NCBI GenBank assembly: GCA_002633005.1
Contig: NMRA01000302.1
Span: 489,628-539,640 of the forward strand
Direction of reading: 5' to 3'
DNA from: Phoronis australis
Lineage: Eukaryota; Animalia; Phoronida
Length of the DNA: 50,013 nucleotides
The notes below the pieces were generated by a model. That model had not been told where the DNA came from, did no database searches, and saw only the letters and a program-made list of their open reading frames with translations. This document shows, in pieces, positions 35,901 to 49,592 of the stretch; within the stretch, counting starts at the first letter, position 1; each line of letters opens with the position of its first letter. A program made the position numbers and the translations under genes.

Positions 35901-38900
35901 GACCCCTCAAAGGGATCACGCCGGTACTAGGTACACTGACAACACGCTGCTTCCCTGCGTGTCGCTAGGTGGTAGAGAGCACGCAGGTGTCATTCAATTT
36001 TCGTCAGGAATTTTTTTTACACCGCCGTTTCTGATTGGCTGTTCGAATTCTCAATAGGTAGCGCCTTACGCAAACAAACTGGCATGACTGATGGAGGAAA
36101 TGCAATTGTGGTCTGTTCCGGGTACAGACAAATCCGGTGCTTAATTCATGACGTTCAAGAAGTGTGAGTCCCAGAAAATTGTGGTTGCGCCTTTTAGGAG
36201 TACATCTCTCTACTATCGCTGACTTACGTTTATGTTGCTGTCCTGTATTCACACGGTATAAGTAGCACACCGGTTAATGTGTGTTTATTGTAGTGCTTCA
36301 AGCACGCGGCTGTAAAAACGAAATAGTTGCAGTTACGCCACTTGTATGACGAGGGTGATAATTGTTCCTGGTCCGCCATTTTCTTTCATTGTTGAAGATA
36401 ACCAATGACTGCCGAGGTTACATCAACCAGTAATGAAGCGCGTGCTACCTGCGTGTTCTCTACACGCAGGGAACCAGCGAGGGTCATTTACTACGTAAGT
36501 CAACACGGCGTGTATTATCTTACTCATATGGAGTACATTAGCCTGCGCGAAAGTAGTTCACTTCTATCCTTTTGCTCGGTAGACGGCGCTTTTGTAAACA
36601 TGGTGGCTCGCGATTTCTGATTTAGGCGTTTCTGAATCAAATTGTAAATGTTACTGAACAACTGTTGTAAATGCCCACTGAGATCAATTTCCGAACCGGG
36701 AATCTAACTGGGGCCAGTCATGTACGCCTGTGCGGTTGTACTTGCATAAAATGTGAGTGAAAAGGGGTCTGAATTGAAGGTAAATTGGTGATTTTCCACA
36801 CATCGCTGAGACTGTGGCCGCTTGGACTTCGACTTCAGAGTTCAGTCTTATCACACCTAACTACTTTGGAAACAAGTCGGATATAATGTTTCCTGGTTTT
36901 GAGAATGACGCTATCAACATGTTGCAATATTTACTTCACTGCAGGTTCACTAGTTATACTAGCTCACAGCGTCAGACTGCTAGTATTATAGCCAGACGGA
37001 ACACATGCAAATGTCTATAGACTTGACCAGGCGAATACACGTGTTGTTAGTCACTTTATACTAGGGAAAAATGGGCAATGAACAACAGGACAAGGATATG
37101 GTCGAAAAAAGTTGATGAATGTAACAACTGAATGACATTCCTATTATTCAGTGGATTAGACAGTGACCACCGTCTCTAACTGGCATTTCGTTTTGTTCAA
37201 AACTCACACTGCTGCTGAAATCAGCAAGAATGGATGCCATCAATCTCATTGCTCAGTCTTAAAAAAATGTACTAATGGATTGATTCGCCATCTGTTTCTA
37301 AGAAGCCAACAGGAGCAAACAGTTAGTTGACTATGGGCATTCAGTATCTGAGAATTATCAACACGCCAACCCTTTCTTATCAAACATGTCTAAAGATTCA
37401 ACCGAGCAACTTGATTGGAAACTGTTGTTTAAAATCAGTACATCTTTGGATGACCTTTGTAAGACTTCAGAAAAAGTGTGCTTAGACTTCCCATGAGGAA
37501 CCTGGATGAAGCCGCTTCTTTGGAAAATTGTGAAATGAAGTGGAAAATCGTCCACATGGGCACTTCATGTCATTCACTACATATTGGTATGACTAAGAGT
37601 GAATTCACTGTAGCCATAATGTATGGGATACATGTAGATGTTTGCCAAAAACCCTCAACTCTGTGCTGTACAGAGGCTATTGCCTGCTGCGTGCATTCGT
37701 CACCATGCTGGCAATGATGTATGTTTGAACATTTTTCATGGCAACAGATCCATCACGTTTACAGCTTATAATTGTTTTTAACATATATTTTTAGCATAGG
37801 TGACAAATTTGATGATAGCAATTAGATAGGTGATTAAAAGTTCTCCAGATTGAGACATCCTCCAAAATTCAGAACACAGAAATCATTGCTAAAATTTATT
37901 TTTTTCATTTTGAAATTTGAGGCGTGAGTGATTTTTGTATTTTCGCACTTTTCAAATTCCTAACGTTATGGTGTATAGCATAACAGGTTGCAAGATTACT
38001 CTTGTAAGTTCATAAAAAGTGACTCTCATGACAAACATTTAATAAATTGTTACCATTCCCCTTGAATTTCTGACTGACAATTGTGTGGATTTCAAAAAAT
38101 TGTGACAAGCTCCCACTTTGAACGAAATAGTTATTCACTGTCCCAAACTAGAGAATTTTTGCGTAATTAATTTTTGAAATTCTTACGTAGTTAACTGTAA
38201 AACTGATGGATGACTGTTCTGTTTATGAGCGGATCTGCTTTAAGAAAAAAGTTTGTAAAAGTGATGACAATTTATTGTTTAAGTTTGATCTTAAGTGATA
38301 GTGTGGTAGCTTTCACCAGCTTTAAAAATGTCAGTGACAAAAGGTAGAAATCATAAGTGACAACAGAAATCAATAGACCATTTCAGTTAATGACTCTGAA
38401 GCAGATGATAGTGGCAGTACCCATGTGGTTAAAGAGTCATGACATAATGCTTTCAATATAAAAATCTTGAGGGACTCTCTGATATGTAAGCTACAAGTGT
38501 TTTTCTCACAAGAAATGATGTTTGTGTGTTGTTAAAATCAGTTGCATACTGAGTTAGCCTCTGAATGATCTCAGTGCTTCATATGGTTAAGGGGGTTTTG
38601 ATCAAAGAATAATATTTATTTTAATTGGCTAGACTGATACATACCAAGGGAACTTGTGCCATGTGATAAAAAGTTATTGTTTACATATGTTTTGGAAAAA
38701 ATAAATGGTTTAACGAGATCATGAAATGTTACAATTGTGTCTTTAGCATCTAACGTCAATGTATAATACAGGATTACTTTTACATAAACATTTAAAATGT
38801 TATAGATTTTGGATTTCCTACATGTATGTACAGTTAAGGTTAAGAATGCATGCCTACATGATGTTCTCTGCTTATTTGTTGCTTTGATAACACTATCACT

Positions 38901-39497
38901 GATGGTGTTACTCCATCAAAAATAAAAAGGCAATTTTGACAGTAAAATCACCCATGAAAATCTTATTTTAATGATGTGGATTTCTGACTCTGTCCCAATT
39001 TTTGTACTTGAGGATGACCTAAAAGGGCTGCTGGGTTCCTTGTTAATACCAGGTTGTCGTATCTCTTGGGAGGCATTTTTATTTAGTGCATCCGTATGGA
39101 ATAAATTGATATTTTTGATTATTTTTTGGCAGCTTTTCAAGATTTCCGTAAAACTTCCAGGCTCAGATTTGGAAATTCTTGGTATGAGAAAAGGCATAAA
39201 AATTGATGCTGTGAAACCTGTTGTGATACGAATAGTTTTTATTGAAAGTGAGATGTGATTGAAAGTATTTTTTATCTGCATTAAACTCATCATTCTAACA
39301 CAACGTGTCCTTCGTTGATTATCACAATTGCCTCGTTGGAAGTTAATTCCTTGTTTTGGAAGCTAATTCCTTGTTTTGCAAGCGTTTCACACCATCAGTT
39401 GTTGATGTCAGAGCCTCAGGGTTAGCATAGTTATATACTTGATAATTTCATTTTGTTATATCACTAATAGCTCACTTGCGGGTTTCTAGCTATTAAA

Positions 39498-39520
39498 TGT
39501 GACGTCACCGGAAATAGGGC
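39498..39520 (+). promoter_or_regulatory. CRE + ETS-like motif upstream of the YqaJ gene, mirrored at 44533-44555
   Basis: TGTGACGTCACCGGAA(A/C)TAGGGC occurs inverted at both ends, 22/23 identical. Function is inferred. Confidence 0.5.
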
Positions 39521-39587
39521 AAGATCCTCCATTTTGTCTTGTCCCTGCATTGCTATGGTTACAAGCGCTAAATTGTTCTGAGATTTT

Positions 39588-41165
39588 ATGGAGAATTTTA
39601 TGCTTAAAACGTTACCTCAACTGAAGAGGTGGTTGATGGATCGTGGGATAACTGTAAACGGATGGAGAAAAGGTGAACTTGTCAAGTTGTGCGAAGCTGT
39701 GAACGGACTGAATTTGGAACTGGACCCGGACATGAAAATGGACAACGATATAGCAGCGACGATCGGTGAAATTTTAACTGAAGCTGGCTACCCTGGTAAC
39801 GACCCTTTCGCTGACGAATCACTGGACTATGTTTTTAAGGACATCCCAAAAATTGGCTTGTATGACATTTTCAATTATTTGATCTGTTCGAAAGCAAGAT
39901 TCGACAACAGAAAACTGAGAGCCTATAAAAGACTATAGACTGTTCGCTGACGGCCACGTTCTCGATCTGCAACTCTCGTCAGTCAGTAGAGACAGCGAAA
40001 TATCTCTCTTTGTGTCCAAAGTAAAACCAACCCAACGTGACAAGACTTATATGAAGCGTGACCATTACAGACTGTGGGTTATTGTGAACAAGGACCCAGT
40101 TTACATACACGCTGCCTGGTGTGAATGTCCGGGGGGGTAAGTTGACACACTGTGATAGATCTAGCTGGAGGAATATACATTTTGCAGACAATTACTTGAT
40201 GATACGAAATGATAATGATTTTAAAATCATAATGTTGAACAAATTAATATTGAGCAAGTTAAAAAAGCCAACTTTAGAAATGAAATTGAGATCAAGAATA
40301 GTCCCCGACGGGGGGAGCACTCATATAGATAGTCCATCTGGGATGTGCCTCTTAGATGTTTTTTGTTCACGGCACATGCCGAACACAAGGCTGTTTTTTA
40401 TTGAGGTCCTTCCAAATAGCCTAAATGTCTGAAAATATTGTTTTAAGGTACGAAAACATAAATACGATATTTGTGTTGGCTTAATGCCTTGTGGGTTCCC
40501 TGCAGGGTAATGTAACATGCTGCAGCATCATATGTTGTTGCCCAGCACTGCGTTATGATTGTTCTGCACTATGTTTAAATGTAAATATTGCAAATAAAGG
40601 ATTGAGTAATCAGTTTTGATGTATTTATTTTTTACCCTGCAGGTCTGATGGTGCATGTCGTCATGTGGGAGCGGCCTCATACGAGATTGAGGCATTTGAG
40701 GAGAAGTCATGTACNGAAAGTGTGGCAAGAGACCTGTACTACAGGGCTAATAGGATCAAACACTCACGGATGAAAATTGTGGAAAAGGGCCTTACCATCT
40801 GCAACGACAAACCCTACATTGGATGCTCCGTTGATGGGGTGGTGTCTTGCAACTGCCATGAGTCTTGTCTCCTGGAGATTAAGTGTCCTTTTAGCCTGAG
40901 GACATTGCATCCAAGGGATGCAATTTTGAGAAAAGGAGTCACCGAGGTGGATGGGATCCTTCATTGTGGACCCGAATGTGTATATTATGCCCAAATTCAA
41001 GGGCAGCTGGGTATAACAGGACTGAACTCGTGTTAATTGGTAGTGTATACAAAAAAGGGTATACAGTCTGTTCTTGTAGATTTCAATAAGGATTACTTTG
41101 ACAACATGATGAAAACAATTGACGAATTCTACAGAACGCATGTCATTCCAGCTATGTCGAAATAG
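39588..41165 (+). pseudogene. ISL2EU accessory SAP-like/SWIM/YqaJ (lambda-exonuclease family) gene; exons ~39588-40136 and 40643-41165
   Basis: LPQLKRWLMDRG...KGELV (SAP-like). SWIM finger split by the intron, AWCECPG|GSDGACRHVGA. YqaJ motifs GLTI..PYIGCSVDG..LEIKCP..YYAQIQGQL. Frameshift at ~39935, in-frame stop at 41034-41036, middle lost at N 40715. Confidence 0.85.
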
Positions 41166-42201
41166 GATATGTACTCGATGTTAATCCTACTTGCAAGAGA
41201 TGTAAATCCAACAGTTTCCTAATAAATGTACTGATTTGTAAATTTCTGCCTCATCACTCAAGAAAAAATGTTTGAGGGAGGATCCAGGACTTTATGTATG
41301 TGAGGTCAAAGTTGCTGGAACCAAATTTACAGGTGTTACTGTTGAAAATACAGTAGACTTTAAAGTCGACAAATGGTAAATGTATAATTACTAGCGGGTC
41401 ACTATGAAGTATTACACAGAATTTGGCAGCCCGCAAATAAGATTCGAGTGTCCTGTGAAGTTGGGAACACACATTTACTAGAAAGGCTTGTCAATTATAA
41501 AAAATCTGGTTGTTGGATTAACTTGGGGAACCTCAGTAATTGCATGTAGTTCACTCATGCATCATGTTGAATTTTTTTAATTTGCTTTCGAACTTCTGCG
41601 CCATGTCGGAAACAACAATTTAATAATTAAATTCATACATGTCTATTATTCGCAGAGAGCTATGTCCTCGACAAAACACGATATTTAGTGAATCACCACG
41701 GGGTTCCTCAAGTGATAATTGACGCCTTCGTTAACAAACATAACGCCAAATTGTAGTGAGAGACCGCCCGGAGTTGGGATATGGTGCAACTCTTGATGGT
41801 CTGGGCTCAACAGAAAACCAAAGTTCAACTGTATGTCTACACCAAAGTAATAAACGAGAGTAATTCTACTTGCTACGTCAGCTGCAGGTATCACTATCTC
41901 TTTTATGACCCATTGTGCAACTGGGCACAGCTTTTTCAAATTAATGTAGATATGCCAGTGGAGTGTGAGCCCTTGAGGTCTCTGTCAAGTCTTCACGACA
42001 ATTCTACATTATGATGCCCGTAGCAATTTGCAATGTGTTCACAGGTTACTGATTCAACAGCATTATGAGAACCTAAATAATGATTATGTGTAGTTACATC
42101 ATTAGTTTCCACAATGACTTACTAAAATACATGTTACTACAGCTAGCAATATATTCTACGGCACTGACATTCGACAACACATTGCAAAATGTATTTGACA
42201 T

Positions 42202-44440
42202 TCACTTGACCAAAGGCTTGTCCAAGTTGCACAGAGCAGCAGTTACAAACACAATCTGGTCCATCGCAGATAACAAATTCAAAGGTATAACAGTTGACAA
42301 TATCTTAAACTGCTTCATGCGCCCAATAGCTCTTTCCACGTGAATGCGAGCTCTTGCTATTCTTCTCGTCTGTGTTGCAGCCCTATTGCTCAGCTGACAA
42401 CCACTAGCAAAAGGTGGAATATTTAGAGTTGCACCACGAAGTGCCAACAAGTCTCTTATCAGGAACCCTCGATCGGCCATGATATCATCCCCATATTCAA
42501 CGTAGTCCAGAAACCCTGACGACTCAACAATTTTCTTGTTTGAGGCTGATCCAGTCCATAATGAGGAAATAAAACAAAAGGCTCCAGTTGGAGCAATGGC
42601 TACGAGAGCCTTAATGGTGTTATGATGGTTATAGGAAGACCACGTGATTCTTTGAGATGATGGGATGCTTGGCCGATGAATAAAAAGTTCTGTGCAATCT
42701 ATAATTGCTCGTGTCTTCTTAAAAGGCTTAAAACATTCTGGTAAAGTATTGAGTGTTTGTTGCTTGTCTGGCCATCTGACAAGAAATTGCAATTCATGAT
42801 ACAACAAATTGATCCACGTGGTAAACACTCGACTGACCAAAGTCTGTGAAACACCAAAGAAATCCTCAAGTGCTTCTACATCCAATGCCCGCCGTACCCT
42901 AACCAGAGTCACTACCAATTCCTCAAACAGAGACAGTGTTCGCTGTGGTCCTCGTTTCTTGACATCACCCGAGACTTTGGGAAGCTGCTGTCTAGCTGCA
43001 CCTTCCTAGACGCACGGTGCTTGACAATATTGAAGACGAACATCAGACCTGACAAAGTGAGACCTGCAAATAAAACATAATTTCCAATATTTGGGTTTTA
43101 CATACACATCTGATCAATGTCAGGGTTTTTTCATTCATAAAGTGTCGGCTCATAAGGTGCTGGATTGATTGTTATTGTTGTGACATTGCAAAATCAAATA
43201 GATGCCTTTACCAGGATTTTTGTAAAATTAAGTCCATACCAAACATTGAGTTGACACCCACGATTGGCTAAATCCCTGAACCATAAGTTTTAAAGGAATC
43301 CATTTTAAGCACTGATGTGTTGTTGCTTTTCGTTTAACCACCACACCTAGATTTCCAAATGGGTACGATGTGTAAAATGTACTTACCAGTGTAGAATTTG
43401 CATGATTTATCATCCTTCTGAATGTCATCCATAAAAAGTTTGCGTTTGAGACATAAGCGGTCAGCCAGTTGAGTATCAGAGTACTTTCGAAGGTCATCAA
43501 AACAGATGTTTGTCTGACATCCAACCGAAGCAAAACCTGCAAAAACATTCAACAGAGATTTTTTAAAATAAACTGAGTTTAAAATACGACTGACTGGACC
43601 TAAAATTGGATTTTGGGTTTTACATTGACTTTTAAAATTAAAGTTCTTGCAGCAGCACTACATAATTTGTGATTTGATGCATCGCTGTTGCCCCTTCAAG
43701 ATTTTGAGTGAGTAAACATAGAGCAAGGAGGCTACTACCAGTGCAAATGTACTTGGGATAGTTGGTCCGCCAGTGGGGTGCGAGGTTCACCTGGGATTCA
43801 CTCACAAAAGAAAACTACGATTTTTCCAAGCAGTGGCCTGCGAATCCCACAAATTTCAAACAACGATTTCAACAAATTAAGCCCATAGTTGATATAACTC
43901 ACTTTTTGAGGACTTTTCATGGACAACAGGTGGCTCCACCTCCACTTCCACGGCAATATCAGCAGGTAAATGCTCATGTCCTATATCCAATAATTTCAAA
44001 TTATCTCCTGTACCATAGGTTGTAACACGTATAGCAGCGTAATTGTGATCTTGTATGTGGATTTCGTTGGCCACATGCACCACCGTAGGCTTTCGCTTTA
44101 CAGGGGTGTTCTCAGCTGAGCGCTGGGTCGGCGGCTTCCTCGCTCGCTTCCTTGTTGATCTGTCAACTTCAAGTTGTGTAACGGCAGCAGGGAGAGGATG
44201 TGGGTGTTCATCTGTCGGTCCTTTACCACCAACAAAATGTTTGGAGCATATTACGGTGTCCTTCGTGACCTTTTCGATCCCAAAGTGCTTCCTCCCGCAG
44301 CGAGAAATCCACAGTTTGCACTTGTCGAGGTTCGTTTTCGGCTTCGGGAAATTTATGAAAAATACTCCCTGCATGTGTTCTAGATGCGAATAGCGCGAAT
44401 CTGATTTACATGTTCCATAACAGCAATGCTTGTTTGGCAT
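42202..44440 (-). pseudogene. ISL2EU transposase (THAP + HTH + DDE_Tnp_4); exons 44440-43903, 43536-43387, 43063-42202
   Basis: THAP MPNKHCCYGTC..FPKP..W..C..ICSKHF; KFYTG|L across phase-1 introns with GT/AG ends; catalytic IIDCTE, MADRGF, HVERAIG. One frameshift near 43005. Confidence 0.88.
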
Positions 44441-47369
44441 TTTTCACACTAAAAGAAAAAAAACTTCGAAGAAAACTGAACAGAATAGACCCAGCGAACT
44501 CATCGGGCATTTTGGCCAAACGACAAGCTTTCGCCCTAGTTCCGGTGACGTCACAGTTAAGTCTCGCAGAATCGCGCGATATTGTTAATAACTCGCAAAG
44601 GGACTATTGGAACGCGCAATTCGGGGGCAGGGGCTGCCGCAAGCAAATTGAAACGGCAACAGCGCAACGCGTGAGGAAACATAACTAGGACCGGTACTGG
44701 AGAAGGGGGGGGGGGCTCATAACCCAGATCGTGGTTGGCTCTTGTTCCCGTTTTTTATTTTTGCAATTCTTTTTCGTCGATAGATTTCCCGAACAGAAGG
44801 TTAATACTCCGGGCCACCGCAACTTGCGGGACGCCTGTACACATACAACCGTGCTCTGTTCAATTCCAGGAGGCAACATGTTTGGGGGCCCCCCTTCTGG
44901 TCCCTGATCTGCCACTAGAACAGTATTTGTCAACACTAGTTTCTTCATCATCAGCATCATCATCACTAATGTCTCGCAAAAAATGTTGCTATTCTGGTAT
45001 TGTAATTAGTGCACGGCAAAGATCTACTAAAGTTTGGTAAACTACAGGGCTAATAAGCAAACAAATTGCAGTTCAGTGTGGGAACGTCAATAGCGCATTT
45101 AGTTGACCTGTCAACTGGGCTTCTTCTGCTAGTTTTATTTTAATCGCACAGTGAACCTTTTTACATGTATGTTCACTTAGAGATAATTAAACCGCTTCAA
45201 CGATGTTTTTCGTTTTAAAATTGCTTCAATTAATACTACAAGTACTCCAATATCGTCCGCATTAGTCGCGATTCTACTCGGGGATTCCATTGACAGGGAA
45301 TTTCCCGAGTATGCATGACAAGGGAGATAAGTCTTTATTTTGAAACGTAAACGAGTCGACAAATACGGATTTTCTCATCTACAAGGATTATAATTACCAT
45401 TTTTAAAAACGTAGTCCTAACTGCTACAAACCTCATTCAAATTACAACAATAACGAAACGTTTTTCTGCGGTTTATTTGGCGCGGATACGAACCGACATG
45501 ATCTCGCGAGATCCAGCCTCATCAACCGTGTTTCGCGGTATTTTGTAAATGTGATGTGCCATACATGTGAAAAAGAAGTCGCCAACCGAGTAGAGCGACG
45601 TCTTTCGTGAAAATGAGCGAGGGTAGTAAACCATAGACATCTTATGTGATGTCTATGGTAGTACACAATGGCTAAACGTTAAACAATGTCTTGCCGACGA
45701 CAGTCATATTACAGTCGTGACAATGAGGATGAATTTCTTTTATCGCTTCCATGTTTTACAATAAAAACCAATGTACACTTGGCCTTTTACTTTGTAGACG
45801 CGAATACGGGTGAGACACAGCGGATTGAGTAGTGGATGATCACGTGATTTGGCGTGAAAATTTTCCGTCCTGGCGCGATATAGATTTTCGGTCCTGATGG
45901 TGTTCAGTGTTGATTCTAACGTGATAATTTTTAGGTCCTGGTGTGATAAATTCTGGTTTTGAGTTGTTTTTTTGGACCTGCAGAGATTTTAATTCCTGAA
46001 TAGAAAACATGTGTACTGTATTTTTCCACTTGCCGTACTAATACCTGATCAGTTTTACACGGGTAGGCAATTTATTTCCAAGCGCTCATAGTCGCGGCAA
46101 CACGAAGTCTGTATTTTGCCGAGACATTCGACTTTCGATTTACCGCCATCTATACATTAACGGTATACTCAGTGAGTGTGTGTGTGGGAGTTTAAGACAG
46201 CGTGCGTTGGAGTCTACATTTTAAAAACAGAATTACGCCATTAATGAATGTCATAAAGCACGACTTGTCTTATTCTGTTGACAATTAAAAGGAACGATAT
46301 TTTAAATGAAATAAATCAGTATTTTCTCAATTAAACCATAATGCTACAATTACTATCACAAATTATCCAATTTGCTACTTGACCCTTGTTTTCCTCAGAA
46401 CCAGCTGATGCCGGTTTACCGGTGTGTTTGTTTTGTATATTTATACAAGTTCCTCCGTACATATTTTTCTCTACCTGTTTGTGAATATTCTTCTAATGTA
46501 TCGATGTTTCTACCCCACACCGATCGATGTAAAATGAACGGTTTATTTCCTTACTTACGTTAATTTACTTTCATAATTTTGAACAAATGAGGGTAATTAG
46601 AACCCGAAGCCCGCGGTTTAAGAAATCGATGATAGTGCAAGCCAGGTGTTTTGTTTGGACAGAAATTTATTAGCTTTTCAAACTATTGCATTGTCAATTT
46701 CCTCAAACGGTATTTTCTTCAGTTTTAAATTCGTGGAATAGTTTCCTGGACATACCTTGTCTCACTTTGAAGGGAGCTGTTTTAGGCCATGGGGCCGCCG
46801 GGTCAATTTAGTGACGCCAATTTGAATTAGTTTTAGGCAGTTTTATGCGCCCATGAAAATGTGAGAGCATATAGTCAGGATCTCGCCCGTTCGTCATCCC
46901 TCCGTACTTCCGTCGTTACTTTTCTCTGTCCGTTTTCCCGGTTATTGGCACACGGTTGACCGGGGTTGCACCACAAGCAGTCGAGTTCCGGAGAGATTCG
47001 ACTTCCGTGGCACCTCCTGTTGGCCGTTTTAGTCTGCCAAGTTTAACAAAACGACTAAACGAATGTTATCGAAACTTGAAACAGGGTTAAATGCCGGCGG
47101 GAATAGGCCGGCACCAGCCAATTTTCAGGCGAATTTACATGGGCGGCGCACCATAGGGGGCGGGGGCTATAGCCCCCTCCACTTTTTTCAGTGCTGCGCC
47201 GCCCATGACTATGCTGCAGAATAAAGCAACAAGTGGGTGGTCGAATAACCTCATTTATTATGATGTAAAGACAATTATAATACAAAAGTGATTCTGCAGA
47301 GTGGCCATGCGATAAAAACGCCATAATGGCACTATTATGAGAATACTTACTGACCCTACNCCACTTTAA

Positions 47370-48659
47370 AGGAGCATGCCACACAAAAAACAACCTATTT
47401 TGTATCAATTTAGATCGAGTAGCTCTACTCGATAAACGGCACGTTCGATTGCGTTAACTGACATCTGACGGCAGACGAAGGTGTTGCAATTATCCAATGA
47501 CGTCATTGGTTTCACACGCAGTCTGTTCAGCTTATCGCTTGAATTCACCGTTTAACACCAATTAATCATCAAACTTCAATGTAAAACCCTTAAAAATACA
47601 CCGAGTTCTTGCAAAATGTGTTGTTTATTTCGCTGTTACGGATTTATTGGTATTTGGACACATCGTAGCCTACAAAGTTCAGCAAGCCAATTTACCAACG
47701 TCCGTAGCAGGAGTTTGGGGTCTGTTCGGAGATAAATTCGAAGTATTCTTCCGTGAAATACAGACAAGAGAACCTAGATCTGTGTTGTTTAGGCTTGCGA
47801 TTTTTTGAGTTCTAAACACACAAAACGCTCGTTATCCCGCGGCCACTGGCTCGGAACCCGATCAGGCCCGTCGCGGCCTGACTGACTCGTTATCCTGACC
47901 AGTGGCTCGGAACCCGATAAGGCCCCTCGCGGCCGCCGGGACTGGCACGAACATAAACTAGCTTGAGTTGGAAACTAAACCTGCATTCACGAAAAGACTA
48001 ATAGTGAGCCAAAGAAATAATGTGCACCTAATTATTTACGTGAATTAGCCACGAAACTGAAAATCTACTTACTTGTCGGGGGCCGAGAAGTCGGGTTCCC
48101 CTTCCAGAGACCGTCAGGGCAAAGGTTGTACATTAACAATGATTTGAATAACGTATTTGTATAAAGATTGCATTAACATGTGACCATAGCATATGAAATC
48201 GAGTAATTGTTTCACAACAGCTTTCTGTCAGCAAACACTGAATTAGCACGCGCTCCCACGGCCTCGGTACCCGGTCAATTACCTTTATTGCCGGCATCAA
48301 AATCCGGCCCATAACGCAGTGGTTTATTCATTGTTGGCTTCTCAACATTTGCACTCACGAATACTGCAAAGGAATTACAAATTGCATCTAATGAAACAGA
48401 TTTCATGTTGTTTCACTTTTATATAAGCATTAGTTAGGATGAGAATGATTCATTTTGAAACAGAACGCAGAAAGCATGGCAACTCGCCCGGCGCCAATCC
48501 CGACTTGGTCAAGCCAAAGAACTCATGCGACAAAGACTTCACTGGTCGGATCGTTAGGTTTCACAGGCTATCAGTTCGAACCAGAATACACTGATCAAGA
48601 AATACTACAGAGGCGCCGTGAGCATGCACAGACAACGGAACGCATGGATAGTTCTTTGG
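47370..48659 (+). mobile_element. Probable Kolobok-like terminus with first exon of a P2X7-like accessory gene (48476-48659)
   Basis: TTAA followed by AGGAGCATGCCACAC (TTAA target, purine start). ATG exon encoding GYQFEPEYTDQE, the N-terminal YxFEP motif of this family, ending near a GTAAG donor. Confidence 0.5.
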
Positions 48660-49592
48660 TAAGCCGGAATTCGTCAGAGAAATCACTGTCAATGAAATGC
48701 CGGCCACATACAAGAAATGATTCACGGCCTCATACATGCTATTAACAGCGTACCTTTCATTCTTCACTACCCGCGAGCCACTTCCTAAGCATTTCGGGCT
48801 CTCGATGAATTCGAAAAAACGATAAACCCGCTCTCTTCGCAGCTTCATAGTTCGGACAAGCGGGAACGATGCACCGCAATGTAGCGGCATTAACTTTGCA
48901 GACGAACCACTGATGTCGCTGCGTCGTTTCTCACCTTCCTCATAGTCTCCTGCACAGACCCTCGAGGTTGGTTGGGGTCTGCTACAGCGCACTTTTCCAT
49001 ATGCATTCTTGGAATACAATTGGCTGTTCCGATTTCAAGAAACAAGGCATTCTATTGGTCAGTTGAATAATAGGTCAAACTAGTTCACCAACATGGCGAC
49101 TTCCAGTACGGGAAGAATGTCGATGGATTTATAGCTTCTCTCTGTTCTCGTCAAACTACCGCATTTCAAAGCTATCGAGTCAAGGAATACATCAGCAGTA
49201 ACGTATACGAAACATTTAATGATAATTATTATCTAAATAAACATATAGTTATTTCAAAGATCGTCTTTATTAGAATGAAGAGGATCTGTAAATAAACAAA
49301 AGCAGGTCTTAGCCTAACGATATGATAAAGTTCTACTTTGTGAAATACGACTTACAATAGTCCTATTTACCAATAAAAGAGTCCGACAGCACAATCGTGT
49401 GTTGAAGCGAGTAGCGGAAGTACGTCCTATAGCGACACCTATCGTTCGCCGAACAAAGTATTCTCTACCTCCCCCCAGTTATTTGTGGGGGGTACACAAA
49501 TGACTAAATACCACTGATATATGTAGTCTGTAGTCAACACTAAAAACTTTGTAGTGATTAAATTTTTAGACAACGGTTTAGTGAATGCTTAC

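Larger units (their letters stand above)
39469..44605. mobile_element. ISL2EU (PIF/Harbinger-related) DNA transposon, near full length, inactivated
   Basis: Imperfect TIRs AGCTCACTTGCGGGTT / (rc) AGTCCCTTTGCGAGTT, each flanked by AT. Convergent genes for a THAP-HTH-DDE transposase and a YqaJ nuclease, the known ISL2EU gene pair. Confidence 0.88.

Noticed and set aside
39493-44560. piggyBac/Kolobok reading of the 39.5-44.6-kb element from TTAA next to the inverted boxes
   Set aside because: Gene content is ISL2EU, and outer AT-flanked imperfect TIRs lie beyond the TTAA.
45630-45659. 12-bp-arm palindrome accatagacatc/gatgtctatggt as a terminator or ncRNA
   Set aside because: No linked gene or U-tract; most simply a tiny palindromic repeat.
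48561-49019. 152-aa minus-strand ORF
   Set aside because: Non-ATG start and no recognisable domain; it overlaps the better-supported YQFEPE exon on +.
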